From IMG/VR virus record IMGVR_UViG_3300043419_002586: a stretch of 64,000 nt of DNA, one strand, 5' to 3'. This document shows positions 1 to 9,355 of the stretch, piece by piece (position 1 is the first letter of the stretch; each line of letters opens with the position of its first letter). The notes under the pieces were generated by a model that saw only the letters and a list, made by a program, of their open reading frames with translations, did no database searches and was not told the origin of the DNA. The position numbers and the translations under genes are program-made. This stretch comes from a virus.

Positions 1-6
1 AATCTA

Positions 7-237
7 ATGCGTCAGTGCGAAGTTTGTATGGCTCAAGTACCTATGAATAGTGGTTTGTTTTTCTACTTGCCACAATACACAGAATACGCAAACTGGCAAC
101 AAGATCGTGTTGGCAAAAGAGTTTGTATTTCGTGTTTACCTCCTCAAATTCAAAAACAACTCACAGAAAAAACAGTCAATGCTTCAAAAAATGATTATAT
201 TGACAATCTTTTCGCAGAGATTTTCAAGGCAGACTAA
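7..237 (+). CDS. Small Zn-finger protein
   Basis: CEVC...CISC cysteine pairs; stop overlaps the next start (TAATG). Confidence 0.6.
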   Translation: MRQCEVCMAQVPMNSGLFFYLPQYTEYANWQQDRVGKRVCISCLPPQIQKQLTEKTVNASKNDYIDNLFAEIFKAD

Positions 238-512
238 TGGATTATATCAAATTAGCTCAATTAGTGCAAGAATTAGAGCAGAATGGTTTTGAAGAGGAAG
301 CTACTAATCTTGCTGACGCTATGGAAACAGAAGCTAGTCCGGATGTAATTTTTTCGAATGCTGATATTATTTCAGAAATGGATGACATTATAGGCGGGGT
401 TTTGTATCATTTAAGTATTGATAACAACCTAAAATTCATTGGAAATAATTTATCCCCGCAAAGTCTCAATGATATAAAAAATAGTTTAAATGGGATAATT
501 AAATCAGCTTAA
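237..512 (+). CDS. Hypothetical acidic protein carrying the shared KLAQ..LE..G tag (putative head-internal protein)
   Basis: N-terminus MDYIKLAQLVQELEQNGFEEEA; C-terminus IIKSA. Confidence 0.65.
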   Translation: MDYIKLAQLVQELEQNGFEEEATNLADAMETEASPDVIFSNADIISEMDDIIGGVLYHLSIDNNLKFIGNNLSPQSLNDIKNSLNGIIKSA

Positions 513-739
513 TGCCATTTGTGTTTTTTATAATCTTCTAAACAAGATTCGGGAATATCTTTAATTCTGCAATCTTCGCAATTTGTAGATAGATGCGTAA
601 TATAATCATCCCAAGTTTTTAATTCTTTATTTTCTGCTCGAGAGAATTTGTATCTATTTTTAAGTCCAGGCAAATAAAGTTCATCTTTTAAGAAAAAACT
701 TTGCCCACATTTTTCACAATAACAAGCTACAGTTGGCAT
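509..739 (-). CDS. Small Zn-binding protein (likely start MPTVAC at 739, not 820)
   Basis: CYCEKC...CEDC; ATG at 739 overlaps the upstream gene's TAA (TAATG coupling). Confidence 0.6.
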   Translation of the reverse strand: MPTVACYCEKCGQSFFLKDELYLPGLKNRYKFSRAENKELKTWDDYITHLSTNCEDCRIKDIPESCLEDYKKHKWH

Positions 740-1206
740 TACTTTACAAAATCCGACAATGTTTTTCCAGTGAATAATTGTAACACTGTTAGGAATGCTA
801 TTACTCCACCAATAGTCCACATAATTCTATTAATTGTATTTTTAACATCCCAATAAATTTTCTTCATACTTCTGATATCATCTTTAACTTCACTTATATC
901 AGAACCAAAATCTGAAATTTGAGCTGTGTATTCTAAAGTTGCCTCTTCAATGTCAGCATCTCTTTTAACTTGTGCCGATTGGAAGTTTTCAAATAATTTT
1001 TCTAAAACTGCATAATCTTTAGAAAGTTTCTTAAATTCATCTTCGGATAATATTTTTAAGGACTCTACACGAGATAATATTTCTTTTTGATTTGTAAGAA
1101 TATTAATAAGAGCCATATTGAAATCCAAATATGCCTCTGTTTGTGCTTTATAGACGCTCTTAAGTTGTTCTAATCCGACTTCGTTATCTTGCATTTCATC
1201 CTCCAA
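739..1206 (-). CDS. Coiled-coil protein with a C-terminal transmembrane helix
   Basis: Heptad-like charged helix followed by IMWTIGGVIAFLTVLQLF; GGAGG internal, abuts the upstream gene. Confidence 0.7.
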   Translation of the reverse strand: MEDEMQDNEVGLEQLKSVYKAQTEAYLDFNMALINILTNQKEILSRVESLKILSEDEFKKLSKDYAVLEKLFENFQSAQVKRDADIEEATLEYTAQISDFGSDISEVKDDIRSMKKIYWDVKNTINRIMWTIGGVIAFLTVLQLFTGKTLSDFVK

Positions 1207-1533
1207 TTAAAGAGCAGAGAGAACTTGTCGTAATTTCTTTGAAGATTCTGAGAGTTTTACAATTGTGTCATCTACGGTTTCAAGAATAAATAATTTACTT
1301 TTTGTTCCGTGATTAATATCTTTTTGTTTTAAGCTATATTTTTGATCTCTAAATTGAATAAATGATGCTGATAAATAATTTTTGATATCAAGGCCTTTCA
1401 TATAAAGTTCTTTTGCCTTTTCATTCATTATCAAATTTTTATTATCATCTAAAATATAAGCTGCACAACTAAATGTATCAAGTAGACCACAAATTAAATT
1501 TGATGGGTTGTTGCATTCTATATTTTGTTCCAT
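1207..1533 (-). CDS. Stand-alone PAS-like small protein
   Basis: LLDTFSCAAYILDDNKNLIMNEKAKEL resembles the N-terminal half of a PAS domain. Confidence 0.45.
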   Translation of the reverse strand: MEQNIECNNPSNLICGLLDTFSCAAYILDDNKNLIMNEKAKELYMKGLDIKNYLSASFIQFRDQKYSLKQKDINHGTKSKLFILETVDDTIVKLSESSKKLRQVLSAL

Positions 1534-1544
1534 TTATTAATGCC

Positions 1545-2288
1545 TCAAAGAAAGATTCTATTGTAATATTCTTCGTAAACTTGATAGCTTTCCTCGTCTT
1601 CCATTACGATAAAAATATTTTTTATATTAGATTCTTTCACTGATTGCAAATATGTCTTAATAGCTGCCAATTGAACTCTAGCTGTATCATTTATATCGTG
1701 AGTTCCGCAATCAGCAGGAATAATAAGTACATTTCTTGCTTTTTCGTCATCTGCTAGCAATAAAGCTTTTCTCATAGCAGACTTTAAATCAACCTCATTT
1801 ACAAGTCTACTTTCACCAGACACTGTAGCGTGATAAACTTTTTTTGCCTTTAATTTTGAGTTTTCACCGCCATTTGAAGTGATATAAACTGTTCCCATAT
1901 TAATAGGTTTTTGAAATTTATCAAGTTCGTTTTGTATGACACCACGAGACATTCTATTAAGCAATGGATCATCAATAGTTAGACCAATATTAGTAGGGTA
2001 AACGAGGATATCTGCCTTTACAAGATAAGGATTTTCTATCTTATGTATGCTGATTTTGGTTTTATTGTCAACTATTGGTTCTGGTTCTGGATTTGGTTTT
2101 GGTGTAGATTGTTCTTCTAATTTGTGTTTGAAAGTGCATAAATTAGCATTGCCTTGACAATCATTACCCCAAGATTCTACAACAACATCGAGCTGGATTT
2201 TTGTTAGAAACGAAGATAACCTTGGGTTAGACAATACTTTTACTAAACAATCACCAGAAGATAAATAAACTGGGCATAATTCTGACAT
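1545..2288 (-). CDS. Divergent macrodomain protein with a Cys-rich N-terminal domain
   Basis: ADILVYPTN, GTVYITSNG..LKAKKVYHA, LKSAMRKALLLA..NVLIIPA follow the macro (Appr-1-p) fold pattern; PKPNPEPEP linker. Confidence 0.7.
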   Translation of the reverse strand: MSELCPVYLSSGDCLVKVLSNPRLSSFLTKIQLDVVVESWGNDCQGNANLCTFKHKLEEQSTPKPNPEPEPIVDNKTKISIHKIENPYLVKADILVYPTNIGLTIDDPLLNRMSRGVIQNELDKFQKPINMGTVYITSNGGENSKLKAKKVYHATVSGESRLVNEVDLKSAMRKALLLADDEKARNVLIIPADCGTHDINDTARVQLAAIKTYLQSVKESNIKNIFIVMEDEESYQVYEEYYNRIFL

Positions 2289-2313
2289 ATTGTTTTTATA
2301 CTGTTATAAGCAG

Positions 2314-2346
2314 AAAACCCAGGGGTCTTTAGTCCCTGGGTTTTTT
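2314..2346. terminator. Intrinsic terminator, probably bidirectional
   Basis: AAAACCCAGGG...CCCTGGGTTTT stem with T/A tracts, directly after the stop of the 2345..3103 gene. Confidence 0.85.
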
Positions 2347-3103
2347 ACTTTACGCCATATTTGTTTGCAAATTCTTTATATTTTGGATCTTTTATTATTA
2401 TTTGATAATTATTTGCATCGTGATATTTTAAGTTTTCTAATGCAGACTTAACAGATTGATTTATCATATTTTTCAATTGTGAAGAATAATCTGGAACTGA
2501 ATTAGCTACTTGAAAAAATTCACTTAATTTTGGCTGCCATTGATTTATTGGCATTCTTGTTAATAAATTTGAAACTTGTGAACTAATGGTTCCTGGCAAT
2601 ATGTTATTTACAAATTCTTGTTTACGTTCTGGTGCAACTCCAGGAGCTAGATTTTGAGCAATAAATTTGCCAAAACTTACAAATCCTACATTTGAAAGAT
2701 TCATAAATTCTTGAGCTTTCATACCTCCAGATAATTGCATTTGAGTTAAGTATTTTCTGCCTTTTTCTGTTTTTGAAAGCTCTGCAAACTGAGCTGGAGT
2801 TAAAGTAGGTAAAATACCTGGGCCTTGAGGACCAAATTTTGATTTGTATGGAGAGAATCTGTCATACATACCACCGCCAGCAAATCCTGATCCAGCTGCA
2901 GTATCACTCATATTCTCATACATTGCATCTATAAGAGGATTGCCAGTTCTAGGAGATCCAGTAGATTCATAATCCCCTGGCATAGTTGGAAGGAGGTTTT
3001 GAGATGTTTTAATTAAATTCTCAATCTTATCAGATAAAATATATTTACCATTTTGATCAAGAATAAAAGCTATCTTTGTAAGCTTATTTATATTTAATGC
3101 CAT
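2345..3103 (-). CDS. Hypothetical protein with the shared tag (putative head-internal protein); likely start MALNINK
   Basis: KLTKIAFILDQNGKYILSDKIENLIKTSQ. Confidence 0.7.
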   Translation of the reverse strand: MALNINKLTKIAFILDQNGKYILSDKIENLIKTSQNLLPTMPGDYESTGSPRTGNPLIDAMYENMSDTAAGSGFAGGGMYDRFSPYKSKFGPQGPGILPTLTPAQFAELSKTEKGRKYLTQMQLSGGMKAQEFMNLSNVGFVSFGKFIAQNLAPGVAPERKQEFVNNILPGTISSQVSNLLTRMPINQWQPKLSEFFQVANSVPDYSSQLKNMINQSVKSALENLKYHDANNYQIIIKDPKYKEFANKYGVK

Positions 3104-3761
3104 TTTTGTCCAAATAATCACTTAATGGTGCAATTTGTCTCTCATATTGTTTGAGAATATTTGCCATATTTTGTTGTTTTTCAGCATTTGACATATCTGT
3201 TCTTGATGCAATTTTAGCCATATCAGTAAGAACAGTTTTAATATCCCAATTTGGTACTAACTTTCTCAATTCTTCAGATTGAGTTGTAGCAGAAGTCTTT
3301 ACAAACTTAGAATTTTTATTAGCTGTTGAGGTTCCATCTAATTTTGCTTTCATTGCTTTATATCTTTCAGAATTTTCTGGAACAGTTACATTTTCCAAAT
3401 TTTCAACAGGCTTACCAGTTACAAAATCTGTCATATTCTTAGGTGGATTTTTTTTGAAATCTTCTACGGCTTTTTTCAATTCCGGAGAAAGCATTTCATA
3501 AGCTCCTTGAGAATGCTTTGTGTCGTTATATCCTCTGTTTTTATCAAGTTCTAATGCGTGATAAAAAGCTGATGGACTGTATCTATCAGACCAACCTGGC
3601 AATAAAGCTGTCAAAAATTGCAAATTTTTCTTAATAAAATCTTCATCAAAGAAATCGGAAGACCCACCTTTAGAATCTAATAAAAAATTTAATGCTTCAC
3701 TGGAATTTGGCATATTAATACCTGAACCTTTTCCAGCAGCTATTTTTCTGAACTTACTCAT
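3084..3761 (-). CDS. Hypothetical protein with K-x-A/S motifs (putative head-internal protein)
   Basis: MSKFRKIAA; internal KFVKTSA. Confidence 0.7.
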   Translation of the reverse strand: MSKFRKIAAGKGSGINMPNSSEALNFLLDSKGGSSDFFDEDFIKKNLQFLTALLPGWSDRYSPSAFYHALELDKNRGYNDTKHSQGAYEMLSPELKKAVEDFKKNPPKNMTDFVTGKPVENLENVTVPENSERYKAMKAKLDGTSTANKNSKFVKTSATTQSEELRKLVPNWDIKTVLTDMAKIASRTDMSNAEKQQNMANILKQYERQIAPLSDYLDKNGIKYK

Positions 3762-4648
3762 TATATTCTTCCTCTAGAAATCAACTTAAATATTTTTGCA
3801 GCTTTATCTTCTCTATCCATTCTTTTTGATTCTAATTCATCATAAAACTCAGACATTTCAGGTTGAGAAAATTGCTTATGAAATTTGTGACTTTTAGCTT
3901 TGATAAGAATTTTATTCAATTCTTCTGTCATTAATTTATATGGTATATATTTAGCAGGTACATCCTTAACAGACAGCCAAGTCCATAAAGGATACATATC
4001 AATACCAAAATGATCTATTTCCAATTCACTTGGATAATATGTAGAAGGATCAATTTTTTCCTTGATAAGATGTTTTCCTAATAAAGAATTTGAATATATG
4101 TCTGGGTATTGTTTATCTAGAACTTCTGCAAGCTCTGGATACAAACTAACTATTTTTGTTATCCAATCCAATATTGATCCATCATACCAACCCGCTTTAA
4201 TTTTATCCTTTGGCTCTTTCATAAGTTTTGCAAGATAGCTTTGCAGATAATTTGTATCCACTGATGAATGTGTTCCAAATCTAGGATCAGAAGAAAATTG
4301 ATCAACATCTGTACCAGCATAAGGATTTTTTCTTGTAGGTGACAATGAATATCCTATTTTTGGACGATTTGAAATTTCTGAGAGAAATGAACTGTCCACA
4401 TCATCAAAACTCAAATTACCAGAAGATGTCCAAGGACTTACAGAAACATTGGTAAATCCAGCGGCCAAGAATTTGTTTTTCCAATCATTAGCGTTTCTGT
4501 TATCCATCATCGTAATAAATCTATCTACAGTGCCTGACGAATCAGTAGCATTTATTAAGAAAGATTGACTACGAGCAGCCTGCTTAACATATGAATTGTT
4601 TTCATCTGTTATGCTGACAGCTAATTTAATAATTTCTTGAACATCCAT
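3761..4648 (-). CDS. Hypothetical protein with K-x-A motifs (putative head-internal protein)
   Basis: MDVQEIIKLA...SYVKQAA; first gene of a 3-gene unit that ends at the 2314 terminator. Confidence 0.7.
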   Translation of the reverse strand: MDVQEIIKLAVSITDENNSYVKQAARSQSFLINATDSSGTVDRFITMMDNRNANDWKNKFLAAGFTNVSVSPWTSSGNLSFDDVDSSFLSEISNRPKIGYSLSPTRKNPYAGTDVDQFSSDPRFGTHSSVDTNYLQSYLAKLMKEPKDKIKAGWYDGSILDWITKIVSLYPELAEVLDKQYPDIYSNSLLGKHLIKEKIDPSTYYPSELEIDHFGIDMYPLWTWLSVKDVPAKYIPYKLMTEELNKILIKAKSHKFHKQFSQPEMSEFYDELESKRMDREDKAAKIFKLISRGRI

Positions 4649-4656
4649 AATAATAA

Positions 4657-4683
4657 ATTACTGAATGATAATTCTCAAACCCT
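4657..4683 (-). promoter_or_regulatory. Putative phage late-type promoter AGG-N20-TAAT
   Basis: One of about 8 intergenic AGG-N19/20-(G/T/A)AA(T) instances. Confidence 0.4.
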
Positions 4684-6036
4684 TCATTCAACAACAAAAG
4701 CATAAGGGTTTGAAACACAATCTTTACTAATTAAAACTTTTTTTGGCTCTGGATGATTTATTCCAAGCACTTCGAAAGCAGCTCCTGAAACAGATGCTTT
4801 CACTATAGAATTTAAAGCTCTTGTGCCTGTTCCTGACTTTATTGCTTTTTCAACAACCTCGTCATAATAATTTTCATCAAATTCAAGCTTTACATTAGAC
4901 TCTGCAAACATAATTTGATTTTTAATAATAGGAGAATCTTCAAGCTCCAGAAGACAATAAAGCATTTGTTCCTTTGAAAGAGGAACTAAAGGAACAATAG
5001 ATTGAATTCTTCCAACAAATTCAGTGGACAATCCATATTCAATCAAACTCTCTGCTAAAATTTCGTGAGATGCTTGGTTGTAAATTTCGTAATTCTTGAT
5101 TTGCGCTTGATAGTCTGCACTTTTTGTTTTTCTAAATCCAATAGTGCCTTCAGTAAGACCAAGTTTTTTTGCAACAATTTTCTCTAATCCATTAAAAGCA
5201 CCGCCAAAACAAAACAAAATACTTGACGTATCTACAACAACAGGAGGTGAGCCTTGTTCGCCAAGAGCAGAAGAACTTACTTTTACTTTTTTACCTTCTA
5301 TGAGTTTGAGTAATGTGCTTTGTGTGGAGTAATGAAAACTTTCAAGTCTTGTAGCAACACTCATATTAGATGCTAATTTATCGATTTCATCAATGAAAAC
5401 AACACCCTTTTCTGCTAATCCAGGCTCTCCATTTGATTTTACTAAAAGATCTGTAATTACTGAATCAGCATCGGAACCTTGAAATCCTGTAGGTGAAAAA
5501 GATGTTGCGTCTCCAGAAACATAAGGCACATCAAGGTATTTAGATATGGTATTGACAATTAATGTCTTTCCGCTACCTGATGGACCTAAGAATAAAATAT
5601 TTTGCTTGTCATTAATTTTGTGATGAACAATATTTCTCATATGTTCAAAAACTGCAATACTGATTCTTTTCTTAGCATTTTCTTGACCAACAACTTTATG
5701 GTTCAAATTTTCATAAAGATCTTGAGGGGATACTTTTTTGAATGTAGATAATTTTCTTTCAAATAAAAACTTTTTAGATAATGGAGCAACTTCAGCTAAT
5801 TTTTCTTTCAAGCTTATGATTGGTGCTTCATCTTCTGCATTAATTATCAAAGACATAATATTTTGGTGAATTTGTAATTGACCAAACTTGTTTCCAGTTT
5901 TATAACTCTTAAAACAATAATCACAAAGATAAATTTTTGATATCCTTTGTTCAAATATTTCTAACTCACCTAATACATCTTTGGTGGCAGGTCTATCACA
6001 AAAATTACAGGTGTGCACTAATGTCTTTTTATTCAT
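4684..6036 (-). CDS. clpX: ClpX-like AAA+ unfoldase
   Basis: N-terminal CNFC..CDYC Zn finger, Walker A GPSGSGKT, Walker B VFIDEIDK, GGAFNGL, IGF loop (TIGFR), EFVGRI, GTGTRAL. Confidence 0.92.
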   Translation of the reverse strand: MNKKTLVHTCNFCDRPATKDVLGELEIFEQRISKIYLCDYCFKSYKTGNKFGQLQIHQNIMSLIINAEDEAPIISLKEKLAEVAPLSKKFLFERKLSTFKKVSPQDLYENLNHKVVGQENAKKRISIAVFEHMRNIVHHKINDKQNILFLGPSGSGKTLIVNTISKYLDVPYVSGDATSFSPTGFQGSDADSVITDLLVKSNGEPGLAEKGVVFIDEIDKLASNMSVATRLESFHYSTQSTLLKLIEGKKVKVSSSALGEQGSPPVVVDTSSILFCFGGAFNGLEKIVAKKLGLTEGTIGFRKTKSADYQAQIKNYEIYNQASHEILAESLIEYGLSTEFVGRIQSIVPLVPLSKEQMLYCLLELEDSPIIKNQIMFAESNVKLEFDENYYDEVVEKAIKSGTGTRALNSIVKASVSGAAFEVLGINHPEPKKVLISKDCVSNPYAFVVE

Positions 6037-6062
6037 AAAAATCCCTCTGAAATATTATACAG
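6037..6062 (-). promoter_or_regulatory. Sigma70-like -10 (gTATAAT) and RBS (GAGGG) for clpX
   Basis: Minus strand reads CTGTATAATATTTCAGAGGGATTTTTATG. Confidence 0.55.
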
Positions 6063-6119
6063 ATAGGTAGGATATATGCCATTACGCAAATAATATTATA
6101 TTTAATTTGGAGGAAAAAA

Positions 6120-6353
6120 ATGGCAACTGTTGATAATAATTCACAAAATCGAGGCAATGGAAAGTGGAAAATTCAAACCTACAATCCATCAGCACTTATA
6201 GGACCAATTGAGGGTGTTCTTATAGTAAATAAAGATTTCTATACCATTTACAAAGATGAAAAGATGGTTATATGTTTATTCAATGTTCCAAGTCAAAATG
6301 TCGCTTTTGCGTATAATGAAGTACACGTACAAAACTTAGATATAAGTAAGTAA
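6120..6353 (+). CDS. Hypothetical protein
   Basis: GGAGG RBS upstream; 77 aa. Confidence 0.65.
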   Translation: MATVDNNSQNRGNGKWKIQTYNPSALIGPIEGVLIVNKDFYTIYKDEKMVICLFNVPSQNVAFAYNEVHVQNLDISK

Positions 6354-6354
6354 A

Positions 6355-6618
6355 ATGAGCCAAGAACCAGAAAAGCAAAATCCAACTTATGAAATGAAGA
6401 TTATCAAGATTGATGGCGAAAATGCTATCAGGAGACTTCTTGCTCTTCAGAAAAATTACAATCCTTCTAATATAGAAGTTGATAGAAAATTGAAAACATT
6501 ATTCAAATATTTGGAAGAAAGCTATGGTTCAATTGCTAACGTGAGATTATATTCAAAAGGAATGAGTTTGCAGCCAATTATATCAGAAGCTGTTTATCAT
6601 TTATTTGGCAAAAAATAA
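6355..6618 (+). CDS. Hypothetical protein
   Basis: Tightly packed ORF, 87 aa. Confidence 0.6.
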   Translation: MSQEPEKQNPTYEMKIIKIDGENAIRRLLALQKNYNPSNIEVDRKLKTLFKYLEESYGSIANVRLYSKGMSLQPIISEAVYHLFGKK

Positions 6619-6624
6619 TGAGAG

Positions 6625-7224
6625 TTGAATACATTAATTGAAATTTCCAATAAAATAACTCAATGCTCTCAAAATGATCGTTTGGAAATAATTATCAGTT
6701 TGAGAGCTTTTTTATTTGACAACCCTGTTCATTATTGGATTGATTTTACATATTCAAGTAATTACGAGCAAGACTTAATAAATTGTCAAATATCAAATCC
6801 AAATCTTTTTAAGAAAATCAATGAAGATAATATAAAAAGGATTGGAATAAAACCAATTGATTTATTTTTATTACCCAAAAATAAAAAACTATTTTTAATA
6901 AATCTTATTGAAGAAATTTTTGAAGATTTAGAAATTAAGATAGTCTACGATAAAATACGTCTCAACCCATTTTATGAAGATGAACTTTTTGATTTCATCA
7001 TAGATCATAAGGAACATTTTTCAAAAAATACTATTGATACTTACAAGAAAAGATATAAAGATGTTAAGTACCTATTAGAAGAAGCAAATATAGAAAATCA
7101 AATTTATGAAACTTGTTTTACCGTTGCTAGAAAAAATAAAATTATAGATTATTGGGTCAACATTTGGGGTGTATCTACAAATTACAAAGATTCAACTTTG
7201 ATCGAACACATTATTATAAAATGA
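6625..7224 (+). CDS. Hypothetical protein (very AT-rich)
   Basis: 199-aa ORF with TTG start, packed in the operon. Confidence 0.6.
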   Translation: MNTLIEISNKITQCSQNDRLEIIISLRAFLFDNPVHYWIDFTYSSNYEQDLINCQISNPNLFKKINEDNIKRIGIKPIDLFLLPKNKKLFLINLIEEIFEDLEIKIVYDKIRLNPFYEDELFDFIIDHKEHFSKNTIDTYKKRYKDVKYLLEEANIENQIYETCFTVARKNKIIDYWVNIWGVSTNYKDSTLIEHIIIK

Positions 7225-7796
7225 AAGCTTACTTGACATTTGCTAGAAGAAAAGAAGATGATGTTCATATGTTAGGTATAGAAAATCCATCTAACATTAA
7301 TGATATTTTATTCATTGGGCTTAAATCTGGGCAACCTATTTTACCAATAATTCAAAATAATAAAATTATAGCCTTTTATATTTTAGATGTTGAAGGTAAT
7401 TTATATCAAATAGTTGGAGAAACAGATTATTTATTTAATTTGAATGAGCTGACAGATTTATCCACAATAAATCTACAAAAATACAATCTAATAAAATATT
7501 TTGTCTCGCAAGTTTTTCAATGTCTGTCCATTCAAGAAGCAAAATATAATTCTGAAATATTTGAACTTTTAGAAGAAAAAATTTTTTATAACTTGCTGCA
7601 TATAGAAATAGATTTATATAAGATTAAACCAGCAATAATAAAAGAAATTAAAAAATCAGAGCTAACAAATACAATTAAAGATAGATTATTAATGTGTCTG
7701 ACTCAAGCTAAAAATCCTAATAATAGAATATTGAAAAAGAAAATTGATGTAGACTTATCAGGGTATTCTATTTATATCAATTCCTTTACTCAATAA
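7221..7796 (+). CDS. Hypothetical protein (likely start MKAYL at 7221)
   Basis: ATGA overlap with the upstream stop. Confidence 0.6.
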   Translation: MKAYLTFARRKEDDVHMLGIENPSNINDILFIGLKSGQPILPIIQNNKIIAFYILDVEGNLYQIVGETDYLFNLNELTDLSTINLQKYNLIKYFVSQVFQCLSIQEAKYNSEIFELLEEKIFYNLLHIEIDLYKIKPAIIKEIKKSELTNTIKDRLLMCLTQAKNPNNRILKKKIDVDLSGYSIYINSFTQ

Positions 7797-8255
7797 TCTA
7801 AGAACTTCAGCCTCATTAAATTTTATAGCAGTTTCATTGCATTTAGGACAGCAATTTTCACTCTTTTGCCAAACTCTTTTGCCATCTTTAATGCCTGGAA
7901 TTGATAGAATAGGTAATGTTTCAATAACACAATGACATCTATCGTGTAATGGTGGTAGTTGAATTAATGCTGTTGGATCATTTTCAATTTTCTGCACATT
8001 GTCTTGTAAATCTTCAAGAGTAAAATTATTATCACCAGAAGGATCATCTATTGTAATATCATCAAGGTTTGGTGTATCAGATTCATCCTCTAGTTGATCA
8101 TTAATGTCTTCATTCAAGTCATCAGCTGGTAATTCTAAAGGAGTTTCAGCAGTTTCAGTCTCATCTACATCTTCATCAGCAAATAAGTTGTACTTACGAT
8201 CTCCATAAATAGGAAGACCAAACATATTATATTTCTTAGCGAGTCGATACCACAT
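7758..8255 (-). CDS. Acidic protein with a MuF/SPP1 gp7-like Zn motif (putative minor head protein)
   Basis: PPLHDRCHC and WQKSENCCPKC; N-terminal WYRLA tag. Confidence 0.6.
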   Translation of the reverse strand: MWYRLAKKYNMFGLPIYGDRKYNLFADEDVDETETAETPLELPADDLNEDINDQLEDESDTPNLDDITIDDPSGDNNFTLEDLQDNVQKIENDPTALIQLPPLHDRCHCVIETLPILSIPGIKDGKRVWQKSENCCPKCNETAIKFNEAEVLRLLSKGIDINRIP

Positions 8256-8290
8256 ATTGGTTAATTCCTAATTTACTTTATAAAACACCT

Positions 8291-9280
8291 ATGACAAATG
8301 AATTTGATCCTAAAAAGATTATTGATTTTGATAAAGATTATTATGAGATTTTAGGATTGCAAAAACTTGATTTTCCTATTGGTAAGTCAAGAGCAGATGT
8401 TATAAAAACTTCTGAAATCCTTGAAAAAGCATTCCGTGTTAAAGCAAGAAAGTGCCATCCTGATTTTGGTGGATCTAATGAAGCATTTTTAGATATTGTC
8501 AGAGCAAGAAGAATTTTGGAAGATCCGCTGTTGAGAAAAATCTATGATCAAGGATTTTTTGAAGAATTTACCATTGTAAATGATAATGATAGCTTTCAAG
8601 TAGATTGGGGCAAAATTGGAACTTATCGTAAAGGGACGCCAGAGGATACTATTGGATTTAGTTTATTTTTGCAACTTTGTGATGATAAGAAAAACTTGGG
8701 ATTAATACCAGCATTTTTTCCAACAACTAACGAGCACAATTATGAGTGGGATTTTGTATTAGAAGAGCAAGCAAAGACTAAATTAGTAATTTCTATTGTA
8801 AATGATGAAAATGAAGTACTACGTTTAACATCAAATGAAGATGTAGAAAAAGCATTGCCATTTAAAATTTACATATGTATCCCTAAAGCTAACCTCGTTT
8901 TTGTAAGAGAAGAAAATTCAATTTTATCCCCTGATGGAAAAACTCTAATTAATGGGAATATTACAAAAGCAGGATATAACGATTTAGATTTACTTGAAAC
9001 AACAAACTTAGACACAGCAAATGAATACGTTAAAAATAAATTAAAAACAGATTTATTTAAATTCATAAACGGAGAACTAAAACCAACAGTTAAAGCTAAC
9101 CAAGCAAAGATGATGGATAGTGATGAAATGAAAAAATTTGACAAAGATAAACTTTCTGAAATATTAAATATTAGAAAATTTATTTTTGACAATAATGATC
9201 AAGCTGCTGAATTTTTAGAAAATATAGACAATAAAAGACCAATTTTTAAAAAATCCGCAAAGCCTGAATTACCTTTTTAG
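8291..9280 (+). CDS. J-domain protein (class C)
   Basis: DYYEILGL...KAFRVKARKCHPDFGG..F..I..A..IL.DP..RKIYD; C-terminal domain not recognised. Confidence 0.85.
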   Translation: MTNEFDPKKIIDFDKDYYEILGLQKLDFPIGKSRADVIKTSEILEKAFRVKARKCHPDFGGSNEAFLDIVRARRILEDPLLRKIYDQGFFEEFTIVNDNDSFQVDWGKIGTYRKGTPEDTIGFSLFLQLCDDKKNLGLIPAFFPTTNEHNYEWDFVLEEQAKTKLVISIVNDENEVLRLTSNEDVEKALPFKIYICIPKANLVFVREENSILSPDGKTLINGNITKAGYNDLDLLETTNLDTANEYVKNKLKTDLFKFINGELKPTVKANQAKMMDSDEMKKFDKDKLSEILNIRKFIFDNNDQAAEFLENIDNKRPIFKKSAKPELPF

Positions 9281-9355
9281 TAGGGCTTATAAAGCGCAAA
9301 AAAGAAAACAATACTGTGATTACAAAATCAACAAAAATGCGAGGAGACCAATAAT

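Noticed and set aside
50-292. 80-aa alternative-frame ORF
   Set aside because: Overlaps two better supported, translationally coupled ORFs (7..237 and 237..512)
3084-3121. Programmed frameshift joining the 225-aa and 258-aa ORFs
   Set aside because: The overlap shrinks to 20 nt with the MALNINK start, and there is no clear slippery site
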